In this document: positions 1 through 10,448 of the stretch, in pieces
Position numbering within the stretch: position 1 is the stretch's first letter
How the letters are laid out: the number at the start of each line of letters is the position of its first letter
Source: Nostoc sp.
Lineage (GTDB): Bacteria; Cyanobacteriota; Cyanobacteriia; Cyanobacteriales; Nostocaceae
DNA length: 64,000 bases
NCBI GenBank assembly: GCA_036918135.1
Contig: JBALDB010000015.1
Span: forward strand, 96,001 to 160,000
Reading direction: 5' to 3'
Program-made: the position numbers and the translations under genes
The notes under the pieces: generated by a model
What the model saw: the letters and a program-made list of their open reading frames with translations, nothing else
Database searches by the model: none
Told to the model about the DNA's origin: nothing

Positions 1-474
1 AACGAAGTTTACTATGCGATGCGCCAAGCCCAAAGGCAAGCTATCAAAGAAAAATTAACTTGGCAAGCTAGTTTTCGCATACAAAATGGTGTTATGCAAT
101 GGACAGTTCATCAAGCACAAGCAACGCAATTCATTCCCGCTCATATTAAAAACAATAGTAATCTCTGGCACAATCTTGAGTCAAACATTGGTATTGATGA
201 AGAAGAAAATAATAAAGGAAAAAAAGAAACAACTTTACTAAAACACACTTCACAGGGAGTGTGGCGAGTTATATTTAACTATCAAGGTTGTCCTATATAT
301 GAAGTTGGAGATGAATGTATTAACACATCGCTGAGAACACTTGGACAAATAACACTATACAGCCAAAATGCTCCAAAAGTTAAACGTTGCGTCTATGTAT
401 CTACGATTTTGGGGGCAATAAAAACTGGAAAAGATCATCTTAGAGCGAATGACAACGATAAATATTGCTATTAA
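1..474 (+). CDS. Pilin/pseudopilin-like (GspH/FimT-type) protein, 5'-truncated by window edge; probable HpsH-like member of hps locus
   Basis: Frame open from base 1 (NEVYYAMRQAQRQA...WQASF), typical of cyanobacterial minor pilins; lies upstream of hpsJ-like gene. Confidence 0.6.
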   Translation, partial: NEVYYAMRQAQRQAIKEKLTWQASFRIQNGVMQWTVHQAQATQFIPAHIKNNSNLWHNLESNIGIDEEENNKGKKETTLLKHTSQGVWRVIFNYQGCPIYEVGDECINTSLRTLGQITLYSQNAPKVKRCVYVSTILGAIKTGKDHLRANDNDKYCY

Positions 475-499
475 GATATTTTTAGTTTATTCAAATATT

Positions 500-1140
500 G
501 TGTAGCTTAACTTACCACCAAGCCCAAAACAGTACTTGATTATTTTTACTCGCTATCCTCAACCAAGGAACACAAAAACCCGACTAATACCTGTTTTGGC
601 AGTTGTTGGTGTTGCCAATCTTGAATGCCAAATGACTGAATACACAATATTTCAGGTTAAAGAATTGCAAAAAATTATTGACATATCTGTAGAAGTGCGG
701 TTTGTAGATGGTGATTCGCAACTCATGCAAAACTCGCAGGACTGGATTTAGTTTATCAGTCTTAAGACGAAGGGGATTTGGGTTTGCGGATAGCGCGATC
801 GCTTTTCGAGGCTTTTCGAGCTGGTGCAGAAAACAATTATCATCAGTACAGATTGTCTTGGAGTAAATATCCAAATTTTAGCAATAGCCTTTGAGAAGAT
901 ACATAGATTTGACCTCGTATTAGACCCAGCGTTGGACTGTGAATATCACTAATTGGTTTGCAGCAACCCACTCCAGAGTTATTCGCTAACATCGAGTGGG
1001 GAACTGTTCAAGTATTCCAGAAAACCCTGGACATTGCCCAAAAACTGAATATATCACGTATGAACTTGCTGCCTTTAGCTAATGTTGACTAGCTAGAGGA
1101 TCTGCCAATTAGGGAACAAGTCTTTGATATGGAGGGATGA
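500..1140 (+). pseudogene. Degraded DUF2064/TIGR04282-family glycosyltransferase-like gene (hpsI position)
   Basis: Motifs IFTRYP..TKTRL, EGDLG, IISTDC, DLVLDPA, LIG...IEWGT, VD*LEDL spread across frames; TAG at 503-505 right after GTG 500, further in-frame stops and at least 3 frameshifts. Confidence 0.85.
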
Positions 1141-1468
1141 GGAGAATAAGCTAATAAATAAGTCTTACTTTAGATCTTAATGGTACTTATCTCAGTAAAA
1201 GTTACTGCCCTGATCCTTGACTTCTTCAATAAGTAGGGATCTAAATCCTAGTCCTGTATTACCCTCGTATCTTCAAATACTAGGAATTTTCTGAAGACAC
1301 TGGACATAACAAATGTTACTGTGGTCTAGTTGAAAACCAAGAGATATAGAGGTTTCAGTGTTATTGAATCTGCTTTGTGTTTCTACAGAACAGTTACGGT
1401 CATGGGCGCAATATTCGAGTAACTTGAAATATGAATATCATTCGTATTCACTGCAAGTTTGAAAAACT

Positions 1469-2311
1469 ATGGTTAACCGTTTTACTTCCGTGACTACTGC
1501 CCTTACAGTTAAAGTAGTTGGAATAATCTGCATTTTGTCGTTTTTTGTTGACTTTTTGATTCTCTTGTTGCCCTTTCAACCAACCGATCGCGGATGGCAA
1601 ATCAGTTTGGGGACAGCACTAGTAGATCGGGGAATCGTTCCTTTGGTAGGCTTGGGGCTTTTGTTTGCTGGGTATTGGATTGATAGCACTGATGGCGGAA
1701 GCGACCGTCCCCAAGGTATTGACTTAAGATTCCCAGCTCTGATTCTCTCAAGTATTTTAGGGTTAATGTTCTTGCTAATATTTCCCTTACACTTGAATAA
1801 TGTAAATCAAGCTAAAGCTCAAACAATTAATCGAATTACCCAAGAAGCAGATCAAGCAGAAAATCAACTTAACAATCGGTTATCGCAATTGCAAGCACAA
1901 TTAAATACTGAACAAGGAAAAGCTCAGCTAGAACAGCTGCGGAGTCAAACCAAAGCTCAGTTCACCGAACTACTCAAAGATGAGCAAAGATACAAGCAAG
2001 CACTTGAAAGCTCTCAAGTTCCTCCAGCAATCAAAGACTTACTAAAAAAGGCTAAAACAGATCCCCAAGCACTTGACAAAGCGATCGAACAACAAACAGA
2101 TACTCAAACTCTGAGAACTCAACAATTGAGCCAAATTCGCCAGCGCCGGGATGAAGCTGAAAATCAAGCTAAAGATAGTGCGTGGAAGTCTGGACTGCGG
2201 ATTGGTATTAGCAGTTTGCTGTTGTCTATTGGTTACATTATCATCGGCTGGACAGGCTTAAGAGGTAGGGGTGCTTTACAAGGTGGTAAACCTAAAGCTA
2301 CTGCACGCTAA
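1469..2311 (+). CDS. hpsJ: HpsJ-family membrane protein (hormogonium polysaccharide locus)
   Basis: N-terminal TM helices with VDRG motif, Gln-rich coiled coil, C-terminal TM; context between DUF2064 gene and GT2. Confidence 0.7.
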   Translation: MVNRFTSVTTALTVKVVGIICILSFFVDFLILLLPFQPTDRGWQISLGTALVDRGIVPLVGLGLLFAGYWIDSTDGGSDRPQGIDLRFPALILSSILGLMFLLIFPLHLNNVNQAKAQTINRITQEADQAENQLNNRLSQLQAQLNTEQGKAQLEQLRSQTKAQFTELLKDEQRYKQALESSQVPPAIKDLLKKAKTDPQALDKAIEQQTDTQTLRTQQLSQIRQRRDEAENQAKDSAWKSGLRIGISSLLLSIGYIIIGWTGLRGRGALQGGKPKATAR

Positions 2312-2425
2312 TTCTTTCGCCAGTGCGGAGTGGGGAAGGAGCCAAAAAATGAGGGAGCAGGAGGAGAATTACTCCTGACTCCTAATTGCAGAAGACAGGA
2401 AACATCTTCGGCTTTGCTCCTGACT

Positions 2426-2484
2426 CAGCACTGGCTCAACGCCCGTTGACACAGCCTCTCGTAGAGAAGAAAGCTAACAGCACT
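2426..2484. repeat. Small dispersed repeat with nested 24-bp insert (copy 1)
   Basis: Near-identical to 5344-5403; shared core CACAGCCTCTCGTAGAGAAGAAAGCTAACAG; embedded in CAGCACT/CCTAACT heptamers. Confidence 0.8.
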
Positions 2485-2526
2485 CCTAACTTTTAATTTT
2501 TAACTTTTAACTATAAAACCTGGGGA

Positions 2527-3402
2527 ATGTTCTCAATTTACATACTGACATATAACGAAGAACTAGATATTGCTGCTTGTATCGAATCGGCGATGTTATC
2601 AGATGACATTATTGTTGTAGATTCATGCAGTGGCGATCGCACTGTGGAAATTGCCAATCGCTATCCTATCCGCATTGTTCAACACGCCTTTGAAAGCCAC
2701 GGACGCCAACGCACCTGGATGTTAGAGTCTATTCCCCCAAAGTATGAATGGGTTTACATTCTCGAAGCTGATGAGCGGATGACACCGGAACTTTTTGCTG
2801 AATGCCAAAAGGCAAGTCAGAATCCAGATTACATCGGTTACTATGTGGCTGAACGCGTCATGTTCATGAATCGTTGGATTCGTTACAGCACACAATATCC
2901 CCGTTACCAAATGCGCCTGTTCCGTCACGGTAAAGTTTGGTTTACTGACTACGGTCATACGGAACGAGAAGTTTGTGATGGTGCAACTGGCTTTTTAAAA
3001 GAAACATATCCCCACTATACTTGTAGTAAGGGTTTAAGTCGCTGGATTGAAAAACATAACCGTTATTCCACAGATGAAGCTCAAGAAACTCTATATCAAT
3101 TAGAACAAGGAAAGGTAAACTGGCAAGATTTATTTTTTGGCAAGTCGGAAGTCGAAAGACGCCGCGCCTTGAAAGATTTGTCTTTGCGTCTACCTGCTAG
3201 ACCATTGCTACGCTTTATATATATGTATTTTGTCTTAGGCGGTTGCTTAGATGGACACCCTGGTCTTGCTTGGTGTACATTGCAAGCATTCTACGAATAC
3301 TTGATTTTGCTCAAAGTTTGGGAAATGAAGTATCTACCAAAACCTAAGTTAGATGCAACTGTAACATTGGTACAGGAAAGTACACACGCTGATGCAATAT
3401 AA
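2527..3402 (+). CDS. Glycosyltransferase family 2 (HpsK position)
   Basis: ILTYNEE, VVDSCSGDRT, LEADE motifs. Confidence 0.9.
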   Translation: MFSIYILTYNEELDIAACIESAMLSDDIIVVDSCSGDRTVEIANRYPIRIVQHAFESHGRQRTWMLESIPPKYEWVYILEADERMTPELFAECQKASQNPDYIGYYVAERVMFMNRWIRYSTQYPRYQMRLFRHGKVWFTDYGHTEREVCDGATGFLKETYPHYTCSKGLSRWIEKHNRYSTDEAQETLYQLEQGKVNWQDLFFGKSEVERRRALKDLSLRLPARPLLRFIYMYFVLGGCLDGHPGLAWCTLQAFYEYLILLKVWEMKYLPKPKLDATVTLVQESTHADAI

Positions 3403-3449
3403 AGTCTGAGGCGCTCGTATTCATTAGAATTCACAAGCGAATAATCATT

Positions 3450-3483
3450 TGTAGGGGCGCACAGCTAGCTGTGCGCCCCTACG
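3450..3483. repeat. REP-like palindrome
   Basis: GTAGGGGCGCACAGCTAGCTGTGCGCCCCTAC inverted repeat. Confidence 0.8.
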
Positions 3484-3785
3484 TGTATTTCATTTATAAT
3501 AAGTTAATATTTTTAACGGAGCTTTTTCAGAAAAGCTCATCGTCTAAGTATGTGAGTAATTTGCTAGACAAAATAATTCTTCAGCTTACCTGGTAACACT
3601 TTTACAATCACAAGCAGCTTTTCATTTCACGCGGTAAATTAGTAATAACTAAAAAACTTGTAACAAACATTTACAATTCTTACAAAGAAAAGTAACATTC
3701 TCTGAGAATAACGACTGGTTATTCGCTTGGTAGATGTCTATATGTATCCTTATAGGAAAATAGTTTAAAACAGGAGAATCGGGGC

Positions 3786-4499
3786 TTGGTAATCGATCGC
3801 CTAAAACAGAATTTAAAAAATGACCTGATTGCTGGTTTGTTAGTAGTAATACCTCTAGCAACAACTATCTGGTTAACAATTACCATTGCCAATTGGGTAA
3901 TTAACTTTCTTACCCAAATTCCCAAACAACTAAATCCATTTGATGGGTTACATCCGATACTAGTAAATGTACTTAATTTAATAGTAGGCTTAGCTGTACC
4001 ATTATTGAGCATTCTTGTAATTGGCTTGATGGCTCGGAATATTGCTGGGCGCTGGTTGCTAGATTTTGGCGAACGGTTATTACAGGCAATTCCTTTAGCT
4101 GGACAGGTATATAAAACTCTCAAGCAGCTTTTAGAAACAATTCTAAAAGATTCCAATGGCAAATTTCGGCGTGTAGTTTTAGTAGAGTATCCCCGCCGAG
4201 GAATTTGGGCGCTCGGCTTTGTCACTGGTGCAATCAGCGACGATATTCAAGCCCAGATGGCTCGTCCGATGCTAAGTGTTTTTATCCCTACTACTCCCAA
4301 TCCTACTACTGGATGGTACGCAGCCGTTCCTGAAGATGAGGTGGTGAACCTCTCAATGTCGATTGAAGATGCTTTTAAAATAATTGTGTCAGGTGGAATT
4401 GTCGCCCCTAATACGCACTTGGTTTTCCCAAAAGAGTCAGCATTGGAAATGAAACACGACCAAATCAAACAGCAAGTTATTCGTGTGGAAGAAACTTAG
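3786..4499 (+). CDS. DUF502 membrane protein
   Basis: AGLLVVIPL, VEYPRRG, FIPTTPNPTTGW; conserved position upstream of nusB. Confidence 0.9.
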   Translation: MVIDRLKQNLKNDLIAGLLVVIPLATTIWLTITIANWVINFLTQIPKQLNPFDGLHPILVNVLNLIVGLAVPLLSILVIGLMARNIAGRWLLDFGERLLQAIPLAGQVYKTLKQLLETILKDSNGKFRRVVLVEYPRRGIWALGFVTGAISDDIQAQMARPMLSVFIPTTPNPTTGWYAAVPEDEVVNLSMSIEDAFKIIVSGGIVAPNTHLVFPKESALEMKHDQIKQQVIRVEET

Positions 4500-4621
4500 A
4501 CTCTATCTGGCAAAGTCATACGCAAATGCGTAATTTTGTTGTTGGACTGTGCCAAAATTGATAGACTTATAAGCTTGTGCCACCTGGTTAATCAATTCTC
4601 GCACAATCAACCCGGACTTTT

Positions 4622-5263
4622 ATGCAACCTCGTAAACCTCAACAAATTGCTCGTGAATTGGCACTTTTAAGCCTTAGCCAACTACCAGTAAACCCAAAAA
4701 AATTAGATAAATTACAAGACGAGCAACTGGTATCAAAGTTAGTGCTAGGAGCAGTACGTACCTTAACCACCGAAGTGCAAGATACCCTGAATAATGCCGC
4801 AGGCGAACTGCAACGCAGTAACGATCGCCTTTTAAGTAGCCAAACTCGTGCTTCCGACCTCAATACTGCTAGAACAATGCTCCAAGAGGCGATCGCATCT
4901 ACCCAAATAGCAATCAATCAGTTAGGTACGGCTGTGGATTTTCCAGAATTAATTCAGCTAGCTAATCAGGATAAAGAAGTCCGTAATTACGCTAAAGAGG
5001 TTGTAATTACAGTCAGTGAAAATCGACAAATTATAGATGAACTCATATCCAATGCCTTAGTAGACTGGCAAGTAACTCGCCTCGCCCAGATCGACCGGGA
5101 TATTCTACAAATTGCTGTGGCAGAAATGAAATTCTTGGGAGTTCCAGACAGCATCGCCATCAACGAAGCAGTAGAGCTTGCCAAACGGTACAGTGGAGAC
5201 GAAGGTCATCGGTTTATTAATGGTGTTTTGCGCCGAGTTAGCGAGCAGAAGAAAAGCGCATAG
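4622..5263 (+). CDS. nusB: Transcription antitermination factor NusB
   Basis: [31 protein letters not shown]. Confidence 0.95.
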   Translation: MQPRKPQQIARELALLSLSQLPVNPKKLDKLQDEQLVSKLVLGAVRTLTTEVQDTLNNAAGELQRSNDRLLSSQTRASDLNTARTMLQEAIASTQIAINQLGTAVDFPELIQLANQDKEVRNYAKEVVITVSENRQIIDELISNALVDWQVTRLAQIDRDILQIAVAEMKFLGVPDSIAINEAVELAKRYSGDEGHRFINGVLRRVSEQKKSA

Positions 5264-5343
5264 TGTTTCTATATTTAGTTTCTCAAGTAAGGAAGATATA
5301 GGACATGAGGATGCAGAGGGAGAATAACTTGTGACTCCTAACT

Positions 5344-5403
5344 CAGCACGTACTCAACGTCCAGTTGGCACAGCCTCTCGTAGAGAAGAAAGCTAACAGT
5401 ACT
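5344..5403. repeat. Small dispersed repeat with nested 24-bp insert (copy 2)
   Basis: Matches 2426-2484. Confidence 0.8.
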
Positions 5404-5474
5404 CGTAATGCCCCAAGTTCAATTAAACTCATTACTTATAACTTATAAATTCCATAACAACTAATACTGCCGCA

Positions 5475-7094
5475 ATGGTTTTTAATTGGTTCCGTCGTCA
5501 ATATAATGATTCCTCTGAAACCCCCTCTGAGAAGAAACAGGAACAAACCCCTCCTATACAAGAACCCCAACCAGAGACAGCCGAAACTTCATCAGATACA
5601 ACAACAGACTTGTTAGCGTTTGCTAAAGCCGCTTACAAAAATATTCAACAAAAACAACAATCCCAAACAGTAGAAACCCCGTCTGATTCAGCAGATGCTT
5701 TAGCACCATCAGAACTACCTGAAACTACTGAAACGGTAACTTCTGAAATAGAAACTCAAGCAATTGAACAAGCTACTGCCACAACAGAAACAAAACAGGT
5801 AGAAGGTATTCAAACAGTCACAGATGAAGAAAGTATAGAAGATTCTCCAATAACTGCAATTGCTGAGCAGTCAGATGTCAAAAGCTCAGAATTAACTGCA
5901 AATGAAACTCAGATAACACCCACCGAACCACTAACTACGCCACAGCCAACAGTACCATCCTTCTTAGAACGGGCGGCAGCAGAACGGCAAGCAAAGTTGG
6001 AACAACTCATAGCCAGTGCCATCGAAGTCCCAGAACCAGAGGTAGTACAGTCAGTATCAAAAGCACAAGACCAAACCCCTGTAGTGGTATTTGATGATGG
6101 GTTTGTCTGGTCAGCGGAAGTTTTAGCAGCCCAAGGTAGACGCGCGGAAGATGTTTCAATTGAAGAAATTACCTGGCTCAAAAAGCTGCGGCAAGGATTA
6201 GATAAAACTCGCCGTAGCATCCTCAACCAACTCAAAGCGATCGTTGGGCAAGGGCCACTTAACCAAGCTGCCGTATCAGAAATTGAGGCATTGCTGCTGC
6301 AAGCTGATGTAGGTGTAGAAGCCACAGACTTGATTGTCGATGCCCTACAGAAAAAATTGCTCCAAGAAGTTACCCCACCAGAAGAAGCGATCGCTTATCT
6401 CAAACAAATCCTTCGGGATATGCTGGATGCACCAGGGAAAACATCTTATAAATCTAGTTTTACCCCAGAAAAAGAAACTTTAAATATTTGGTTAATTACC
6501 GGAGTGAATGGTGCTGGTAAAACCACTACTATCGGTAAAATTGCCCATTTAGGACAAAAATCTGGTTATAAATGCTTGATTGGGGCAGCAGACACCTTCC
6601 GTGCTGCTGCAGTGGAACAAGTGAAGGTTTGGGGTAGTAGAAGCGGTGTAGAAGTTATTGCCAATCCTGGAAAGAATACAGATCCAGCAGCAGTTGTATT
6701 TGATGCGATCGCTGCTGCCCAAGCGCGTCAAACAGAATTACTTCTAGTAGATACTGCTGGGCGACTACAAAACAAGAAAAATTTAATGGACGAACTCAGT
6801 AAAATTCGGCGAATTATCGACAAAAAAGCCCCCAATGCCAAAGTAGAATCACTGTTGGTTTTAGATGCCACTTTAGGTCAAAATGGACTGCGGCAAGCCG
6901 AAGTTTTCTCCCAAGCGGCTCAACTTAGTGGCGTTGTTTTAACCAAGCTCGATGGTACTGCCAAAGGCGGCGTTGCTCTTGCTGTTGTCCAGCAATTAGG
7001 TTTACCTATTCGCTTTATTGGTGCTGGCGAAGGAATCGAAGATCTGCGCCCCTTTTCTAGCTACGAGTTTGTTGAAGCCCTGTTGAGCGGTTAA
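5475..7094 (+). CDS. ftsY: Signal recognition particle receptor FtsY
   Basis: Acidic N-terminus, GVNGAGKTTT, DTFRAAA, DTAGR, TKLDGTAKGG. Confidence 0.97.
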   Translation: MVFNWFRRQYNDSSETPSEKKQEQTPPIQEPQPETAETSSDTTTDLLAFAKAAYKNIQQKQQSQTVETPSDSADALAPSELPETTETVTSEIETQAIEQATATTETKQVEGIQTVTDEESIEDSPITAIAEQSDVKSSELTANETQITPTEPLTTPQPTVPSFLERAAAERQAKLEQLIASAIEVPEPEVVQSVSKAQDQTPVVVFDDGFVWSAEVLAAQGRRAEDVSIEEITWLKKLRQGLDKTRRSILNQLKAIVGQGPLNQAAVSEIEALLLQADVGVEATDLIVDALQKKLLQEVTPPEEAIAYLKQILRDMLDAPGKTSYKSSFTPEKETLNIWLITGVNGAGKTTTIGKIAHLGQKSGYKCLIGAADTFRAAAVEQVKVWGSRSGVEVIANPGKNTDPAAVVFDAIAAAQARQTELLLVDTAGRLQNKKNLMDELSKIRRIIDKKAPNAKVESLLVLDATLGQNGLRQAEVFSQAAQLSGVVLTKLDGTAKGGVALAVVQQLGLPIRFIGAGEGIEDLRPFSSYEFVEALLSG

Positions 7095-7840
7095 TGGTTT
7101 GTCAGGGGAAGTTTGAAGGGTTATGACTGACGCTTTCAGGCAGAGAGTTTTAAATCCGACAAAGTTGCCTTGACAGACCACTAGTTGAAAAAGCTAGGAT
7201 TAAAAATTTTGCTTGACAAATTAATATATTTAAGGGTAACTAAATCTGGTATTATCGCTGGAACTAACTACAAACAAAATACTGGAAACAGCTTAAGTCC
7301 TAAAATCATCAATTGGTGCAACTAAACTGCTTCAAAACTCCCAAGTGTCCTCTTGGCTCCTACTTCCAAAAGTATTTATAAATATTTTCTGGAACAAATC
7401 TAGAGATTTCAAGTGTTTGATCGTTAGTTATTGGTCTAACGAAATAACAAAGGACGAAGGACAAAGCACAAAAACAAATACTTACTCCAAAAGCCATAGG
7501 AATTGTTCTGTAATTAAAGTATTTTTATGACTTGAGAGATATGCTTTAAAAATTAAATTGTGAAAAAATAAAAAACTTTGTGAACTGTTATCCCAAAGTA
7601 GAAATTATGATGAATTGAGTTTTAATTAAAAATGTATGATTTTAAGTGACTAACATTCAATTGAGAATGCAATAAGCAAATAAAATACTTATAAAAGTTA
7701 CCTGTTACGTCTTTATACTCTTGCTAAAGTGACAAGTCTTGTCTAAATATGGTTTAGCAATGCTAAAGCCAAAAGAGCCAAAAGATTTCTATATAATTTC
7801 ATATAATCTCAAACCTACCAAATAAAGTGTAATAGTACCT

Positions 7841-9232
7841 GTGCCTGTGTCTCAACTGCCCTCTCAACCCACTGACAATAATAGTAGTGCTGCGACTGAT
7901 GTCACACCAGTTGTGGCCTTGAAAGAACTCGTGGCAAGGTTGCACCGGGAACAGAATAAAATTCAAGATTTACTCAGTTCTTTAGGATTTGCCCTCAGAA
8001 GCTTCAATAATTTGAATCAGTTTTTGGAACTGATCCCACTGATGGCAACAAGAGTAACAGATGCTGATGGCAGTGCCTTGTTTCTCTACAAACCAAATGG
8101 TCAAGTCAGGTTAGAGCAACTACACTGGCAAGATAGTCACCAGCGTAAGAATATCCGCAAAGCGTTAGAGATAGCCAGCAGTCAAATCACACTTGTGCCC
8201 AATACTGCCCCAATAGCAAATGGTACAGGAATTTTGGATGACCAAATGCATCGCTATTTGGGGCCAGATGTGCAAATATTTGGTACAGCGATTTTGGTAA
8301 AGCATACAGAACGGGGTTGGTTGTATGTTTTAAGCCGCGACCCAGAATATAGTTGGACAGAGACTAGGCAAAAGTTAGTTAGGTTAGTGGCAGATCAAAC
8401 AGCAGTCGCGATCGAAAATGATGAACTAGCTGTAGAACTTAGAAAAAAAGAACGTTTAGACCAAGAACTAGAAATTGGTGCAGAAATTCAACGGCGACTT
8501 CTACCACGGCAATGTCCTACGATTCCTGGTGCAGTGCTAGCAGCACGCTGTAAACCTGCAAATCGTGTGGGTGGAGACTATTACGACTTTATCGCTACCA
8601 ATAATAATCAGATTCAGCTAAACACCAGAGGCGGCGCAGGAAACGGTCGTTGGGGTTTGGTAATTGGTGATGTTATGGGCAAAGGTGTTCCTGCTGGGCT
8701 AATTATGACGATGATGCGGGGAATGCTACGAGGAGAAGTACTACACGGTAATTCTCCAGCCAGAATTCTGCAAAACTTAAATCGAGTTATGTATGCGGAC
8801 TTAGAAAATTCTCATCGCTTTGTAACGCTATTTTACTCAGAATACAATCCTCAAAATCGAACTTTATCCTATAGCAATGCGGCACACAATCCTCCTTTGT
8901 GGTGGCACGCAGCTACGAAAACTGTCAGCCGTTTAGATACTTTAGGGATGCTAATTGGTTTAGATGCAAACAGCCAATATGAAGATGCCCAGGCACAGTT
9001 AGAACCTGGGGATACAATTATTTACTATACAGATGGCTTGACTGATGCTGCTGCTGCTAGTGGCGATCGCTTTGACGAAGAAAACTTTATTGCTGACTTC
9101 AATACAGCTTGTAAGTATTGTAATGGGCCGCAGGAAATTGTCGATTATTTATTTGACCAAGTTCAAAAATTCATCGGTGCTGAAAAACAAAATACCGATG
9201 ATATGACATTAGTTGTTTTACAAATTCTTTAG
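7841..9232 (+). CDS. GAF + PP2C/SpoIIE (RsbU-like) Ser/Thr phosphatase
   Basis: VGGDYYD, GDVMGKG, YTDGLTD, DDMT motifs; N-terminal GAF-like region. Confidence 0.9.
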   Translation: MPVSQLPSQPTDNNSSAATDVTPVVALKELVARLHREQNKIQDLLSSLGFALRSFNNLNQFLELIPLMATRVTDADGSALFLYKPNGQVRLEQLHWQDSHQRKNIRKALEIASSQITLVPNTAPIANGTGILDDQMHRYLGPDVQIFGTAILVKHTERGWLYVLSRDPEYSWTETRQKLVRLVADQTAVAIENDELAVELRKKERLDQELEIGAEIQRRLLPRQCPTIPGAVLAARCKPANRVGGDYYDFIATNNNQIQLNTRGGAGNGRWGLVIGDVMGKGVPAGLIMTMMRGMLRGEVLHGNSPARILQNLNRVMYADLENSHRFVTLFYSEYNPQNRTLSYSNAAHNPPLWWHAATKTVSRLDTLGMLIGLDANSQYEDAQAQLEPGDTIIYYTDGLTDAAAASGDRFDEENFIADFNTACKYCNGPQEIVDYLFDQVQKFIGAEKQNTDDMTLVVLQIL

Positions 9233-9561
9233 TTATTTGTCATTAGTCATTTGTCCTTTGTCCTCTCCTGCAAAGTTGAACCACCGCTTTGGGCGGGTCT
9301 TGTGTCTTCTTGAGTGACGTCTGTTGGCAGGAAACCTCCGAGTGGTGATGACTTTGCGCTTTATTATTCACTAATGACCAATGACTAACATCAAAACACA
9401 ATCGTGTAACCTTGGTTTTGGGTATCTTTGTTGGTATAAGAAACACCATCAATCTTGAGTCCTTTGTCATCAAGAAGGGTAATGATACCGCCATTATTGT
9501 CCAGTTGGACACCGTCTTTGGCTGTTCGCTGTTAAAGATATATCTATTGGTTATTAGCTAA

Positions 9562-10245
9562 TTATGCAGTTTGCTCTGGTTCTGTAGCTAAATTTTGTCC
9601 AATTTTTGGTTCATTACCAGCAATTAGTCGTTCAATATTACTGCGATGGCGGAAAATTACATACAACCCGCCAGCAATTCCAAATAGAACATAAGGTAAA
9701 GGTTGATGCAAAAGCAACATGAAAATAGAAACAGCGATCGCACCTGCAATTGAACTCAAAGAAACAATCCGCGATATCGCCACGACGACGGCAAATACAC
9801 CCACTGTTGCTAAACCTACCTGCCAATTCATTGCTAACAAAATCCCTAAGCTAGTAGCAACGGATTTACCACCAGTGAAGCCTAAAAAAATCGATTTACT
9901 GTGTCCAAGGATGGCAGCAAAACCAGCTAAAGTTATTAACCACGGTTGCCATATCTTTACATCTACCGTTGGGGGTATAAAATTTTGACTAATGGCAAAA
10001 TTGCATAACCAATAAAATAGAGCGATCGCTAATACTCCCTTCAAAGAATCAAGTACTAAAACGAATGCTCCTGGCCCTTTGCCTAAGGTTCTTAGCACAT
10101 TTGTTGCCCCAGTAGAACCCGAACCAACTTCTCGAATATCAATACCTTTTAACTGCTTGACAGCAATATACCCGGTGGGAAAGGAACCCAGCAGGTAAGC
10201 TACAAGTACAATTACCCCGCATAGAGTTAACCAGATAGCCATCAT
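9562..10245 (-). CDS. plsY: Glycerol-3-phosphate acyltransferase PlsY
   Basis: YLLGSFP, GSGSTGATNV, GGKSVAT, RHRSNIERL. Confidence 0.95.
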   Translation of the reverse strand: MMAIWLTLCGVIVLVAYLLGSFPTGYIAVKQLKGIDIREVGSGSTGATNVLRTLGKGPGAFVLVLDSLKGVLAIALFYWLCNFAISQNFIPPTVDVKIWQPWLITLAGFAAILGHSKSIFLGFTGGKSVATSLGILLAMNWQVGLATVGVFAVVVAISRIVSLSSIAGAIAVSIFMLLLHQPLPYVLFGIAGGLYVIFRHRSNIERLIAGNEPKIGQNLATEPEQTA

Positions 10246-10356
10246 AAAAATTCAAAAATCCAAATAAATTTGGGTTGACGCCATTTCTTTTTGAAGATGC
10301 GCCGATGACAATTACATAAATAAAGCGCAGCCTTAGATAGATTTAAGATAACGAAT

Positions 10357-10428
10357 GCTTCGGCTCCCATCGACTATGCTACCTCGGCTCCGCTCGGCAC
10401 AAGTCAGGGCAAGTCGCTCAGCACAAGT
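10357..10428. repeat. Three nested 24-bp small dispersed repeats
   Basis: Parses as outer[middle[inner]] copies of a 24-mer ending CAAGT. Confidence 0.75.
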
Positions 10429-10448
10429 GACTAATGACTAATAACTAA

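Noticed and set aside
3660..3676. NtcA box upstream of DUF502
   Set aside because: Spacing is GTA-N9-TAC, not the canonical N8
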